From Eledone cirrhosa (lineage: Eukaryota), in NCBI GenBank assembly GCA_964016885.1, contig OZ024750.1:41850001-41914000 (forward strand): 64,000 nucleotides of DNA, written 5' to 3'. Position 1 is the first letter of the stretch; every line of letters begins with the position of its first letter. Position numbers and translations under genes: made by a program. Below the pieces are notes generated by a model, which had not been told where the DNA came from, did not search any database, and was given only the letters and a program-made list of their open reading frames with translations. Below, in pieces: positions 26,915-39,335 of the stretch.

Positions 26915-27745
26915 AGTGTCACAAATAATTTGTCTTTTAAAAAGTCAGTTCGCCAATGTGTAAGTTTTGAAAGCTCTATTTTAGATATTTCCAATGAACA
27001 GGTCAAAATTCCTCTTGATATAGCAACATTAAAAGAAATAAAGTGTAAATAGCCTTCTACTTCTTTATACGTGATCTTCTACACCTTCTGATGTGATAAT
27101 ATTATCCTAAAAACAACTTAATTTAATTCCTACTACTTAAGCTTTTTTTTCCTACACCAGAAACCTTGCTTGAAATTTCAACATTCTCTTTGAAGCAACT
27201 ATATATATTAATAAAATTACTTATGCTGTTGTGTCTCTGGAAACAGTGGAATAAATAGGCTTGAAAGTGCTAAGGAAAGAAACATAGAGAAAATGTAATC
27301 CTTGACAAGAATATTGATCGGTCACATTGGAACTCGGCCATAAATTTACAGTATGTGACATGGGGTACTGCTACCCCCAACACCGCTACTACCACCACTA
27401 ACACCACTGCTGCCACCACCACTGCCACCACTTCCGCCACCACCAACACCATCATTATTGTCATCATCATCACCACCACCACCACCACCACCACCATCAT
27501 TGCTACCATCAGTTCATGTCAGTTTTTTTCCTGCTAGCAAAAGTTGAATGAGTTGACACAAACTAAGTTAGTATTTAATTTGAGCTACTGACCTCTCAGA
27601 TGGGCCTGGGGTCCACATCTCACTTATATACTACATTCCCACATTTTACAGAGTGTACCAGGTGAATTTCATCATAGCACCTGCACTGGTGAGGTTGTCA
27701 TATCTTTGACACAGCTGAAGAGTCCTCCTGTGAGTGAAAAAGCAT

Positions 27746-28836
27746 TTAACCCTTTAACATTACTCTATATATACTATTGTATTTTCACAGTAAAGGCTTT
27801 ACCTCACATAATATCTCGCATAACATTCACATTACTCTATATTTACTATTGTATTTTCACAGTAAAGGCTTTACCTCACATAATATTTCACATAACATTC
27901 ACATTACTCTATATTTACTATTGTATTTTCACAGTAAAGGCTTTACCTCACATAATATCTCGCATAACATTTACATTACTCTATATATACTATTGTATTT
28001 TCACAGTAAAGGCTTTACCTCACATAATATTTCACATAACATTCACATTACTCTATATTTACTATTGTATTTTCACAGTAAAGGCTTTACCTCACATAAT
28101 ATCTCGCATAACATTTACATTACTCTATATATACTATTGTATTTTCACAGTAAAGGCTTTACCTCACATAATATTTCACATAACATTCACATTACTCTAT
28201 ATTTACTATTGTATTTTCACAGTAAAGGCTTTACCTCACATAATATCTCGCATAACATTCAGATTACTCTATATATACTATTGTATTTTCACAGTTAAAG
28301 GCTTTACCTCACATAATATTTCACATAACATTTACATTACTCTATATATACTATTGTATTTTCACAGTTAAAGGCTTTACCTCACATAATATCTCACATA
28401 ACATTTACATTACTCTATATATACTATTGTATTTTCACAGTAAAGGCTTTACCTCACATAATATCTCGCATAACATTCACATTACTCTATATATACTATT
28501 GTATTTTCACAGTTAAAGGCTTTACCTCACATAATATTTCACATAACATTTACATTACTCTATATATACTATTGTATTTTCACAGTAAAGGCTTTATCTC
28601 ACATAATTACCTCACATAACATTTACATTACTCTATATATACTATTGTATTTTCACAGTAAAGGCTTTATCTCACATAATTACCTCACATAATATCGAAT
28701 CTATGAGATTTTGATATTATTTATTTTGAGAACAATACCTCAATATCAGTATGAGTGGCCAGTTACAGCCAGTTTGAAAAGAAAGAGGTGAGAGAATGCT
28801 GGCCGGATACAGCGGGTTTAAATGCTAAAGGGTTAA
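27746..28836. mobile_element. TTAA MITE expanded by ~13 internal 72-bp tandem units
   Basis: ttaa-ccctttaacatt...aaatgctaaaggg-ttaa; unit acattactctatatatactattgtattttcacagtaaaggctttacctcacataatatctcgcataacattt. Confidence 0.9.
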
Positions 28837-29105
28837 TGATCAAGGTAAAATTGTCCAGGGTTGCCTTCTGCATAAAAAGTATATAGTTATATGCAAATTA
28901 ACATACTAAATGCAATCAGCCAAAACAAATATGATACTTTATTAAAACTTACTCCCACAATGAAAAGAAATATAATTAGTTTTAATCATAATTCCTCTGA
29001 AGAAGGGCAAGAGAGACAACTCTGTAATCCAAAATAGTTTAAAACTAAATGAAATCATACAGTGGAGAGTAAGTTTTATCTTTGGTAAGTACAATAACAA
29101 CTGTG

Positions 29106-29140
29106 GACATGTTTCAGTCTTATTAAACCTCCTCAGAAAA
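29106..29140 (-). ncRNA. Hammerhead core with eroded stem I
   Basis: Minus: CTGAGGA ggttt-aata-agact GAAA catg TC; stem I does not pair. Confidence 0.45.
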
Positions 29141-29989
29141 GAACAACCTAACCCATATTTACAGAACCTTAAAATAACTGCATTTTATTCATTTAGGACT
29201 GATAAAATATATGCTAGCAACATACTTGTGTTGATTCAACCATATATAGTTTTTTGGCTTTTTTTTTTAAACAAAAACTTTAACCTTTTGCCTCATCAAA
29301 AGAAATTCATATTTAAATCATAACATCTAAGTTGATAGTGAACAATAGATATTAATAGCTCAGAGATATATGTTTAAATTGTTAAACTTTTTGCCAGTGA
29401 AGCACAATGGAGTCTCCTGCTACAAGCAGTACATTGTGTCTTTAGTTGAGAAAATATAACTAATTCCGAGTGAATTTTACACATTTTATTTTTCTCTCCT
29501 TCATAAAAAAGATTAAACTTCCATACAGCCCCAACCCCATTCCCATCATCATCATCATCATCACCACCATCCTCATCACTATCGTCACCATCTCCACCCC
29601 CATCATTCTCATCACCATCGACACCCCCACCCCCACTCCACACACACACCATCCTCATCACTATCGTCATCCCCCACCCCCATCATCCCCACCCCATCAT
29701 CCTCATCAACATATTGTCATCATTTTAACCTCTTTGATAGCAACCAATCTGAAACCAGTTTCTATTATCAAGAATCATTTGTTTTAAAATATTAGTTCAT
29801 TTTAAAATAAATTAAAACCTTCTCTCATAATTTTATGTATGCAAATTTTACCAGAAGGTTAATTTTATAACTAAACGTGCTCCATATTTTTTCTCGTTTT
29901 TTTTTTTTTTATTAATTGGAAATCATGGGCAGAGTGTTTCATTAGAAATAGTGTAATGAAAGGGTTAATTATCATCAATTATCGTCCTA

Positions 29990-30152
29990 CATGGACACAC
30001 TGGAAGAGGAAGGCCAAGGTTAACGTATGTTGATGCCCTAAGGACAGACACTGGTCTGTTGGAGACGCAGGACATGGCAGCGATAATGAGGGACAGAGAC
30101 CGCTGGAGAGAACTCGTCCATGGATCTCGGGAATTTTACCCGCCTTAGATAG
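29990..30152 (+). pseudogene. 3' end of a second RTE/RTEX-like LINE family
   Basis: HGHTGRGRPRLTYVDALRTDTG...MRDRDRWRELV...stop, then a tagataga tail. Confidence 0.75.
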
Positions 30153-30472
30153 ATATGTTTATATTATAACCCTGATATAACTCGGCTGCTTTGGCAAAAC
30201 AATATCACTTCTTGGTTCATCAAAGTGTATCATTCCCCCAGGGAGGCTTAATTTCATTAAACCCTCTATAATCGTCTCTAACCTTCTCTAACCCTCTCTA
30301 ACCCTCTATAATTGTCGCCAACCCTCTCTAACCCTCCCTCTAGCCCTCTCTAGCTATCCCTCTCTTATTTATTTACTAACCTAATTTTACTCTGACTATC
30401 CTCTAAACAATTAGAAAACATTTTGCACTCAAAATTTGAAATGCCAATAACCTTAGTAGTAGTGACCCTAAA

Positions 30473-30567
<95 letters not shown>

Positions 30568-30632
30568 TATATATATATATATATATAGTGACGAAACATA
30601 AGTCAATTGCATGAACTCATAATCCTTTATTT

Positions 30633-30682
30633 ACTGCTATATATATTTCGATGATAGCCATTGAATGGCTATGACCTCATCA

Positions 30683-30687
<5 letters not shown>
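30633..30687 (-). ncRNA. Hammerhead ribozyme (family B)
   Basis: Minus: tgc CTGATGA ggtcatagccat-tca-atggctatcatc GAAA tatata TA gca. Confidence 0.75.
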
Positions 30688-30741
<54 letters not shown>

Positions 30742-30744
<3 letters not shown>

Positions 30745-31220
30745 CATCTCTAACAAAATACACACCCGTCCCACCACCCCAACCCCATCCACACCGCCCC
30801 TTTCAATGTAAAATTATGTTGGTGCCACAACATCCAGGCCGAAACAAATGAGATCGTGTATGTGTCACGACAAAAAAAACACACAGTCCACGCTGTAATG
30901 TGGCCGTGTAGGCAACACGGTAAAAACCTCCCAGTCCCACACTGTAAATGTGGTTGGTGTTAGGAAGGGCATCCAGCTGTAGAAAACCCGCCAGACAGTC
31001 CACGCTGTAATGTGGCTGTGTAGGCAACACGGTAAAAACCTCCCAGCCCCACACTGTAAATGTGGTTGGTGTTAGGAAGGGCATCCAGCTGTAGAAAACC
31101 CGCCAGATAGTCCTATGCGAGCAAGATAATCACTCTTGCCTCAAGTGGGAAAACCCCCGTCCAAACCCATGCAAGCGTGGAACACGGACGTTAAACATTG
31201 ATGATGATGATGATGATGAT
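30742..31220 (+). mobile_element. RTE LINE 3' UTR fragment with internal duplication
   Basis: Reverse complement of 5243-5615; ~115-bp direct duplication (30885-30995/30997-31108). Confidence 0.88.
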
Positions 31221-31510
31221 ATATATATATATAACGAAGGAAATGTGGTAAGGAACCAGGTGGACCATAACGCACCAAAGTACTCAATACTTAGGGTAGT
31301 AGAGTGGGTAATAGGAATGAGTAGGACCCCGACGGCTGAGCTCAAACCGTTTCAACAGCTAATTAGTCCAGAATTAGCCGTCGAAACAGCTTGAGCTCAG
31401 CCGTCGGGGTCCTACTCGTTCCTATATATATATATATAATATATATATATTTGTGTGTGTATATACCCATGGTAGCATGGAAAAATGGACGTAAAACGAT
31501 GATGATGATG

Positions 31511-31573
<63 letters not shown>

Positions 31574-31629
31574 TATATAACAAGAAGTGTGAGTCAACAG
31601 GTTAAAATTAACTTTGCTTATTCATATTC

Positions 31630-31688
31630 GCTGCAATATATATTTCGGTGATAACCATTATTCAACAGTTATGACCTCATCAGGAAGC
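31630..31688 (-). ncRNA. Hammerhead ribozyme (family B)
   Basis: Minus: gcttc CTGATGA ggtcataactgtt..aatggttatcacc GAAA tatata TT gcagc; stem II covaries with 30633-30687. Confidence 0.72.
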
Positions 31689-32182
31689 TAGAACTTAAAC
31701 AGAAAAAAAAGGGAAACATAAAGGTGGAATAAAGTTTACCTTGTTGATTCGTTGATATGCCCAGATCCAAAAAGTGGTGTTGTTAATCCCAAGAACTGGC
31801 GGCCAGTTCTTGGGATTAACTTAGATTTCAACTTGCAAGACAAAGACCTCAAGGCCATCTCATCATCTCTCGAACAATTCCACCAATCCACTGCCTCAGG
31901 ACTAATATTTTATTTCATCGACAAAATTGACCTTGGCAGGATATGAATTCAGAGCACAGAAACTCAGGAAAAATACTGGAAACACATTTTTCCTACACTT
32001 TAACATCCTAACAATCCTGGACATTCATCAGTAGAACTAAATGCCGAGCTATTGATAACTGTTTCTATCATCATCATCATCATCATCATCATCATCGTTT
32101 AACGTCCATCTTCCATGCTAGCATGGGTTAGACGGGAGCATAGGCCCAAAGCCAGAAATATGAGAGGGAAGGGAAAGTTGAT

Positions 32183-32410
32183 GAACCCTTTAGCATTTAA
32201 ACCAGCAATATCAGGCTAGAATTCTTTCACCTCTTTCTGTTCAAACCAACCATAAGCGGTTGCTAATACTTATGTTAAGGTATTGTTCTCAAAATAAAGA
32301 ATATAAAAATCTCGTAGATTCGATATTATGTGAGATATTATGTGAAATGAAGCCTTTACCTTAAAAATACAATAGTACATATAGAGTAATGTAAATGTTT
32401 AGGAGTTAAA
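32183..32410. mobile_element. TTAA-family MITE, diverged
   Basis: cccttttagcattt...aaatgtttaggagttaa. Confidence 0.7.
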
Positions 32411-33324
32411 TTGACCCCAGTTCTTGCTTGGTACTTTATTTTATTGATCCTGGAAAGATGAAAAGCAAAATTGACCTCAGCAGAATTTTAACTCAGAACA
32501 TAAAGAGCCAGAATAAATACTGCAATGACATTTTATTCGATGCTCCACCGATTCTGTCAATTCACCACCTTTGTTTTGGTGATATATTAGCACTACAAAC
32601 TAAAAGAAAGTAATAAACTACCTCTCACCTGAAATCACCTGGTACATTATTTTATCACCCATGGAAGGATGAAAGGCAAAGTTGACCTCAGTGAAATTAA
32701 TTTGAACTTAGCATGTAAAGAACTCTAACCAAATACTATGAAGCATTTTCTCCGGTGCTCTACCAATTCAACTCCTCTGGGCTATTAATAAATAGGTACA
32801 GATTTTTGGTGAGAAGAAGAGGTGAGATTTAACAAAATATTTAGTGTTTGCTACATCAGAATAGGTACACATATTGGACAACCTGTCTAACCCATACTAG
32901 TGTGGAAAGTGGACAGTAAACGATGTTGATGATGATGATGATGATAGTGGTGGTGATATTTGGTGTGAGGAGAGGGGAGGAAAATTTGACCATATATTTA
33001 GTGTTTGCTACACCAGTTAGACACATATTTGGTAGTTAGTCAAAAGTTGGGGAAATTTGACCAAATATTTAGTTTTATTATATGAGTTAGAATAAATTCT
33101 ACTACTTGACATTCCAGTGCTATTTCTGTGATTCATAAGGCTGAAGTTTACATCAGGTTTCTTAAACTGAATAAATTTCTAAATATAATGTCTGGTAATG
33201 TTATTCAGTCTCTCTTAGCTATCATGAATAGTCGACAAGATACTATAAATATCTAGTGAAGAAAGACATGTGCTAGAGATGTGAAGAATCAGGTAGTACA
33301 TGTATGATGTCTCATTATAGTGGC

Positions 33325-33725
33325 ATCATCATCATCATCATCATCATCATTTTACGTCCGCTTTTCCCTGCTTGCAAGGGTGGGACGGGAACTGATTCTG
33401 GCTTTAATTTCTACAGCTGGATGCCCTTCTTAACACCAACCTCCTTTACAGTGAGTGCTGGGTGCTTTTTTTCCGTGGCACCTACGCGTCCACTTTACAA
33501 TGAGTGCTGGGTGCTTTTTTGCTGTGACACCTCCACGACCACTTTGCAGTGGAATGATAGGGACCGCAGTCCCTATCATCTCATTTCTACAGCTGAGTAA
33601 ACTGGAGCAATGTGAAATAAAGTGTCTTGCTCAAGGAAACAACACATCACCCGGTCTGAGAATTGATCTCACAACCTTTCGATTGCAAGCCCAATGCTCT
33701 AACCACTAAGCCATGTGCCTCCATT
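33325..33725 (-). mobile_element. tRNA-headed SINE with RTE-derived 3' tail (family 2)
   Basis: Minus: tggcttagtggttagagc A-box, ttccttgagcaagacactt central motif, RTE-type tail and (GAT)n. Confidence 0.85.
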
Positions 33726-33899
33726 GTGGCATACCAGTATGATTATCAACTGACACAAGTGATAATATCTTATATCTTTATATATCTACCATTTGCCCAC
33801 GTATTGAGTACTGTTTCCATAGATGGTCTGGGGTTTCTGCTGTATACCTTTAGAGTTTAGATAAGATCCAAAGAAGAATCATCAAGATTTGGTCCTGGC

Positions 33900-34195
33900 A
33901 TAACATATCAGCTTCAATCTCTATCACACCATTTTCATGGGAATTGTTCTGATGAGCTTTCCCCTTTGTTGCCTCGTCTTTACAAGTTTAAATGGAGCCC
34001 CAGATTGGTAGCCAGGTCTCATCCATTTACAGATGAAGTTCCTAAATACAACCACAAGTTCTCATCTGATAATAGTTTCTTCCCTCTCACATCTCACCAA
34101 TGGAATCCTCTTCCAGCTTCTTGCTTTCCTGACCACTAACTACAATTTGCAAAACTTCAAAAGCAATATCAATCATTGTCTTCTCTCTCTCTTTG
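33900..34195 (+). pseudogene. Decayed CR1/L2-type LINE 3' end
   Basis: FHGNCSDEL...NSFFPLTS..WN.LP..FP..YNLQNFKSNIN, with frameshifts. Confidence 0.65.
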
Positions 34196-34409
34196 AATTG
34201 TGTTTGGGTAGAGAGAATACTTTGATATCTGGCACCACAACCACCTGATGATGACGGAGGATAGAGACCAGGGGAAACTACCGAACATGGTCTAGAGTGG
34301 CACCCCAACAACTAGCTGCACCAGTTGTGGGAACTTAATTGATTAATATATGCAATAATGTGTGGTACTGGCAGGAAGGGGAAATAAATGACCCTTTTGT
34401 GCATATATA

Positions 34410-34680
34410 TCATCATCATCATCATATTCGTTTAACGTCCATCTTCCACGCTAGCATGGGTTAGACAGGAGTTGTCCTACTTGAGGCAAGATTGGTCGGG
34501 TGACCGTGTCTCACTCATATAGGACTATCTGGCAGGTTTTCTACGGCTGGATGCACTTCCTAACACCAACCACGTTTACCGTGTGGAACTGGGAACTTTT
34601 TACCATGTTACCTACACAACCACATTACAGCATGGACTGTGTGTTTTTTTTGTCATGACACTTACACGATCTCGATCTCA
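34410..34680 (-). mobile_element. RTE 3'-UTR fragment
   Basis: Homologous to 5243-5500. Confidence 0.8.
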
Positions 34681-34742
34681 TTATCTCATTTATTTTTATA
34701 TATATATATAAAAGAAAATTTCGCTCTACATGGCTGAATACA

Positions 34743-35083
34743 ATAAATGTAATCTGAGTTTTTTGAATATTAATAATAACATTCGATTCATTTGCAATTA
34801 TGCAAAGAAGCCTCAATTTTATAGCCATGTCAGTAGAATGAACACTTCATTCTTGCTCTTATGTTGGCATGCGAACAGAACTGCAGACACTAATGTTTCT
34901 GTGTATCACCCTTCATCAGTACAGCTCACTGTTCACCTGCCAAATTGTCAGAGCTAGTGAAATGCCAACATAAGAGCAAGAATGAAGTGTTCATTCTACT
35001 GACATGGCTATAAAATTGAGTCTTGTTTGCATAATTGCAAACGAATCGAATGTTATTATTAATATTCGAAAAACTCAGATTAC

Positions 35084-35090
<7 letters not shown>
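34743..35090. mobile_element. Inverted-repeat element (~125-bp arms) enclosing a hammerhead
   Basis: 34743-34870 is the reverse complement of 34962-35090; flanked by (TA)n. Confidence 0.8.
34878..34927 (-). ncRNA. Type I hammerhead ribozyme
   Basis: Minus: gagctgta CTGATGA agggtgatacaca GAAA cattagtg TC tgcagttc; 8-bp stem I; GUC triplet. Confidence 0.8.
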
Positions 35091-35158
<68 letters not shown>

Positions 35159-35162
35159 CATA

Positions 35163-35413
35163 TAGGTGTCATGACAAAAAACACCCAGTCCACACTATAA
35201 AGTGGTCATGTAGGTATCACGATAAAAAGCACCCAGTCCACACTGTAAATGAGGTTGGCGTTAGGAAGGGCATCAAGCTGTAGAAACCAAGCCAAGATCA
35301 GTTCTGTATGAGCAAGACATGGTCACCTGACCTGGCATTGCCCACAACAGGACAACTCGTCTAACCCATGCCAGTGTGGAAGAATTGACATAAAACAGGG
35401 ATGATGATGATGA
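35163..35413 (+). mobile_element. RTE 3'-UTR fragment
   Basis: ggcgttaggaagggcatc motif and (GAT)n tail. Confidence 0.8.
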
Positions 35414-35446
35414 TATATATATATATATATATATATTGAAAATATA

Positions 35447-35527
35447 ATTAATCAACGCTAGTTTCTTCCATCTCACAAGACATACAATTAATTATATGAG
35501 CCAATAATTGGATTCATCAGAATGAAT
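35447..35527 (-). ncRNA. Hammerhead ribozyme, somewhat decayed
   Basis: Minus: attcatt CTGATGA atcca..tggaa GAAA ctagcg TT gattaat. Confidence 0.55.
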
Positions 35528-36134
35528 AAGAAATACAAAAAACATTATTACTTCTACGATAAATTTTGTATATACATTTACATTACCGGTAAAATTCAAA
35601 ATGGAAAGACAAACAGTCTGATCTCCTCAATCAACCTCTGGAAATCACTGCATTAAGATTGATACCCTTCATTCCAGTGTATATTGGGACATAACAAAAC
35701 AGGTAAAGACAAGTTATGTCTTTAGGTAAATTACACAAATATAGAGTGTGGAAAGGCTTAGCCAAAGAAGAAAGATATAGAAAGGAGAGAAATAGTTAAC
35801 CAGAAGAGAATAATAAGGAATGTAGTCCAACATGCAGACAAAGAAGAACACTGAAACGTATATATATTCAGAGATGGTCTGCCGCAATAATAACACCGAC
35901 TTCGCAGACCATCTCTGAATCAATTGTTTTCTCCATTCTCTGTTTGTGATTGCCGTAATTCCTTTTATTGATTAACTAATTATGCAATCCACACCTGATG
36001 ATGTCACCAGGATCTTATGTAACCAGGCCATTGAAATATAGATATATATATATAGTGTATTTTTTTTTTGCAACAATAAAACTTTAAAGGACATCACAAG
36101 TCCACCCTCCTGTTATTTTAATCAAATTAATATA

Positions 36135-36460
36135 TACAATCGTCCCCCATTATTCGTGGAGATTACGTTTCTGGAACACCCACAAAGAATGAAAAACTGC
36201 AAATATTGGACATTGTCCATAAAAATGCCTATAAACAACAAAATATAACGTAAAATATAGTCAAATACGATATATTGTTATTAATAATTTAATGTTAAAA
36301 AGCGTGAAAATATATATTGCCATAAAAACTCCATAAAAACATTTGTGAAAGATATTTACGATTCCGCAAATATACGGTGGTTTCCACAGACAACTATTAG
36401 TTAGGTTCTGTTATTAATTCCCCAAATAACTGGGACCTCGAATGCTGAGGGTACACTGTA
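36135..36460. mobile_element. Old Tigger/pogo-like MITE
   Basis: TA-flanked imperfect TIRs caatcgtcccccattattcg / cgaatgctgagggtacactg. Confidence 0.55.
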
Positions 36461-36569
36461 TATGTATGTATATATATATATATATTAAAAAAATTTAAAA
36501 AAGAGAAAAAAAGAGAGAAGGAAGAAAAAAAAAGAAGGAAAGAGAGAAGGGAAAAAGAAAAGGGAGGAA

Positions 36570-36803
36570 AAAAAAACACAGTCCATGCTGTAATGTGGTC
36601 GTGTAGGTAACACGGTAAAAAGCTCCCAGTCCACACTGTAAATGTGGTTGGCGTTAGGAAGGGCATCCAGCCGTAGAAAACCTGCCAGATAGTCCTATAC
36701 GAGTGAGACACGATCACCTGATCTTACCTCAAATGGGACAAATCCCGTCTAGCCCATGCTAGCGTGGAAGATAGACATTCAATAATGATGATGATGATGA
36801 TGA
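36570..36803 (+). mobile_element. RTE 3'-UTR fragment
   Basis: Same motif set and (GAT)n tail. Confidence 0.82.
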
Positions 36804-37186
36804 GATATATATATATATATATATATATCCAACCCTTGCACCTCAAACCTTTGCTAGCAGGGAAAGAGGTTGTAAAACTATGATGACGATGATGTGTGTA
36901 TGTGTGTGCGTGTGTATGTATGTGTGTCTGTGTGTGTGTGTGTGTGTACTCCCAGGTCTTGAATACTCGCTGTTCGACCCACCTCCCGATTATTAAATTT
37001 TGTTAATCTGTCTCTGGCAAAATTTTATTCTAAGTGATTTGTATCGATACAGCAGCTGGAGAATGTAATAATTATTTTATTTTTTAATATGTTTTGAAAG
37101 GTTTCTTATGTGAAAACGTGTGTTGAAACAGATATTGTTATTGGCAACACAACCCTCCCAAACTATAACAATAATAATTATTTTAC

Positions 37187-37590
37187 GGGCGGTGGATTGG
37201 CAGTATCGGTAGAGGGTTGTATGCCATGCTTTGCAGTACAGTTACGTCCCTTTACGATCTGAGTTCAAATCCCACCGAGGTTAACTTTGCCTTTCATCCT
37301 TACGAGGTCGATAAAATAAAGTACCAGTAATACACTGGGATAATTGCTGGCCTTGTGCCAAAAGTAGAAACAATTAATTTATTTTACATTAATGGATTGG
37401 CAGTATCGGTAGAGAGTCGGACGCCATGCTTTGACGCATAGAGTTACGGCCCTTGCCATTCTGAGTTCAAATCCCGCCGAGGTTAACTTTGTCTTTCATC
37501 CTTATGGGGTCGATAAAATAAAGTACCAGTAATACACTGGGTATTTGCTGGCCTTGTGCCAAAAGTAGAAACAATTAATTTATTTTACAT
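37187..37590 (+). mobile_element. Tandem pair of family 1 SINEs (two subfamilies)
   Basis: 37187-37376 and 37393-37576, each followed by attaatttattttacatt. Confidence 0.88.
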
Positions 37591-37808
37591 TTAATTTATT
37601 TTACATTAATTTACAAAAATATATTTTACATTAAAAAAAAAACATTATGTATGTAAAAAAAAAACATTACAAGAAATCCCATATTTACAAACACACCCGG
37701 TATAATTACAGATGTCCCACCTCACCTCACACCCGCTTATAAGAATTTAAGCAAATGTTCACCCCAACCCCAACCCGTTTATTCCACATCTCCTATTATT
37801 CGGGCCCC

Positions 37809-38469
<661 letters not shown>

Positions 38470-38512
38470 AATAAATAACAAAGAACGCTTATAGCATATG
38501 CATATCTTTACT

Positions 38513-38558
38513 TGCTAACATTGTTTCATCCGCACTATAAGTGGGACTCATCAGAGCA
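38513..38558 (-). ncRNA. Type I hammerhead ribozyme (left arm)
   Basis: Reverse complement of 42308-42353. Confidence 0.88.
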
Positions 38559-39173
38559 TAAAGGTTAATTACATACCATACAAGCAATAACAAATCCAAG
38601 ACATTGAAGAATGAAAGGTAATAATAGACGATAGAGGATAAGAATAAAAATAAAAATAAAAATAAAAGTAAAAATAAAAATAAAAATAAAAATAAGGGGT
38701 GCTATCAGTCACAGTTGGGCGGTGTGCTGTCAACATATAGTTACATACAAGCATACACATGGATAAGAGAACAGACAAGAGTAGACACATGGATAAGAGA
38801 ACAGACAAGAGTAGATAAGATAATGGGATTAGGTAAGAGTAGGTAAAAAATAGGTAAAAAATAGGTAAAAAACAGACTTATAATATATATAAAAAGAAAT
38901 ACAAAGAAATACATAACAAACTTACATATAAAATATAAAATATAGGGTAAGGAATGAGATAAAATAATATAAAATTAAAAATTAAAAATTATATACATAG
39001 AACATAATATAGTATAATCGTAAAATAAGATAAAATAAGGTAAACTAAAATCAAATAACATAGACTAAATTAAAATAATATAATATAAGATATAATTAAA
39101 ATCAAATGTATAATTGTAATTATATGTATAATTAAATGTAATTAAATGTAAATATAAATGTAAATAAATGTAA

Positions 39174-39213
<40 letters not shown>

Positions 39214-39288
39214 AAATTAAATAAATAAATAAAATTAAAATTTAAATTTTAAAATTTTAAAATTAAAATCTAAATTTAAATTTAAATA

Positions 39289-39335
<47 letters not shown>

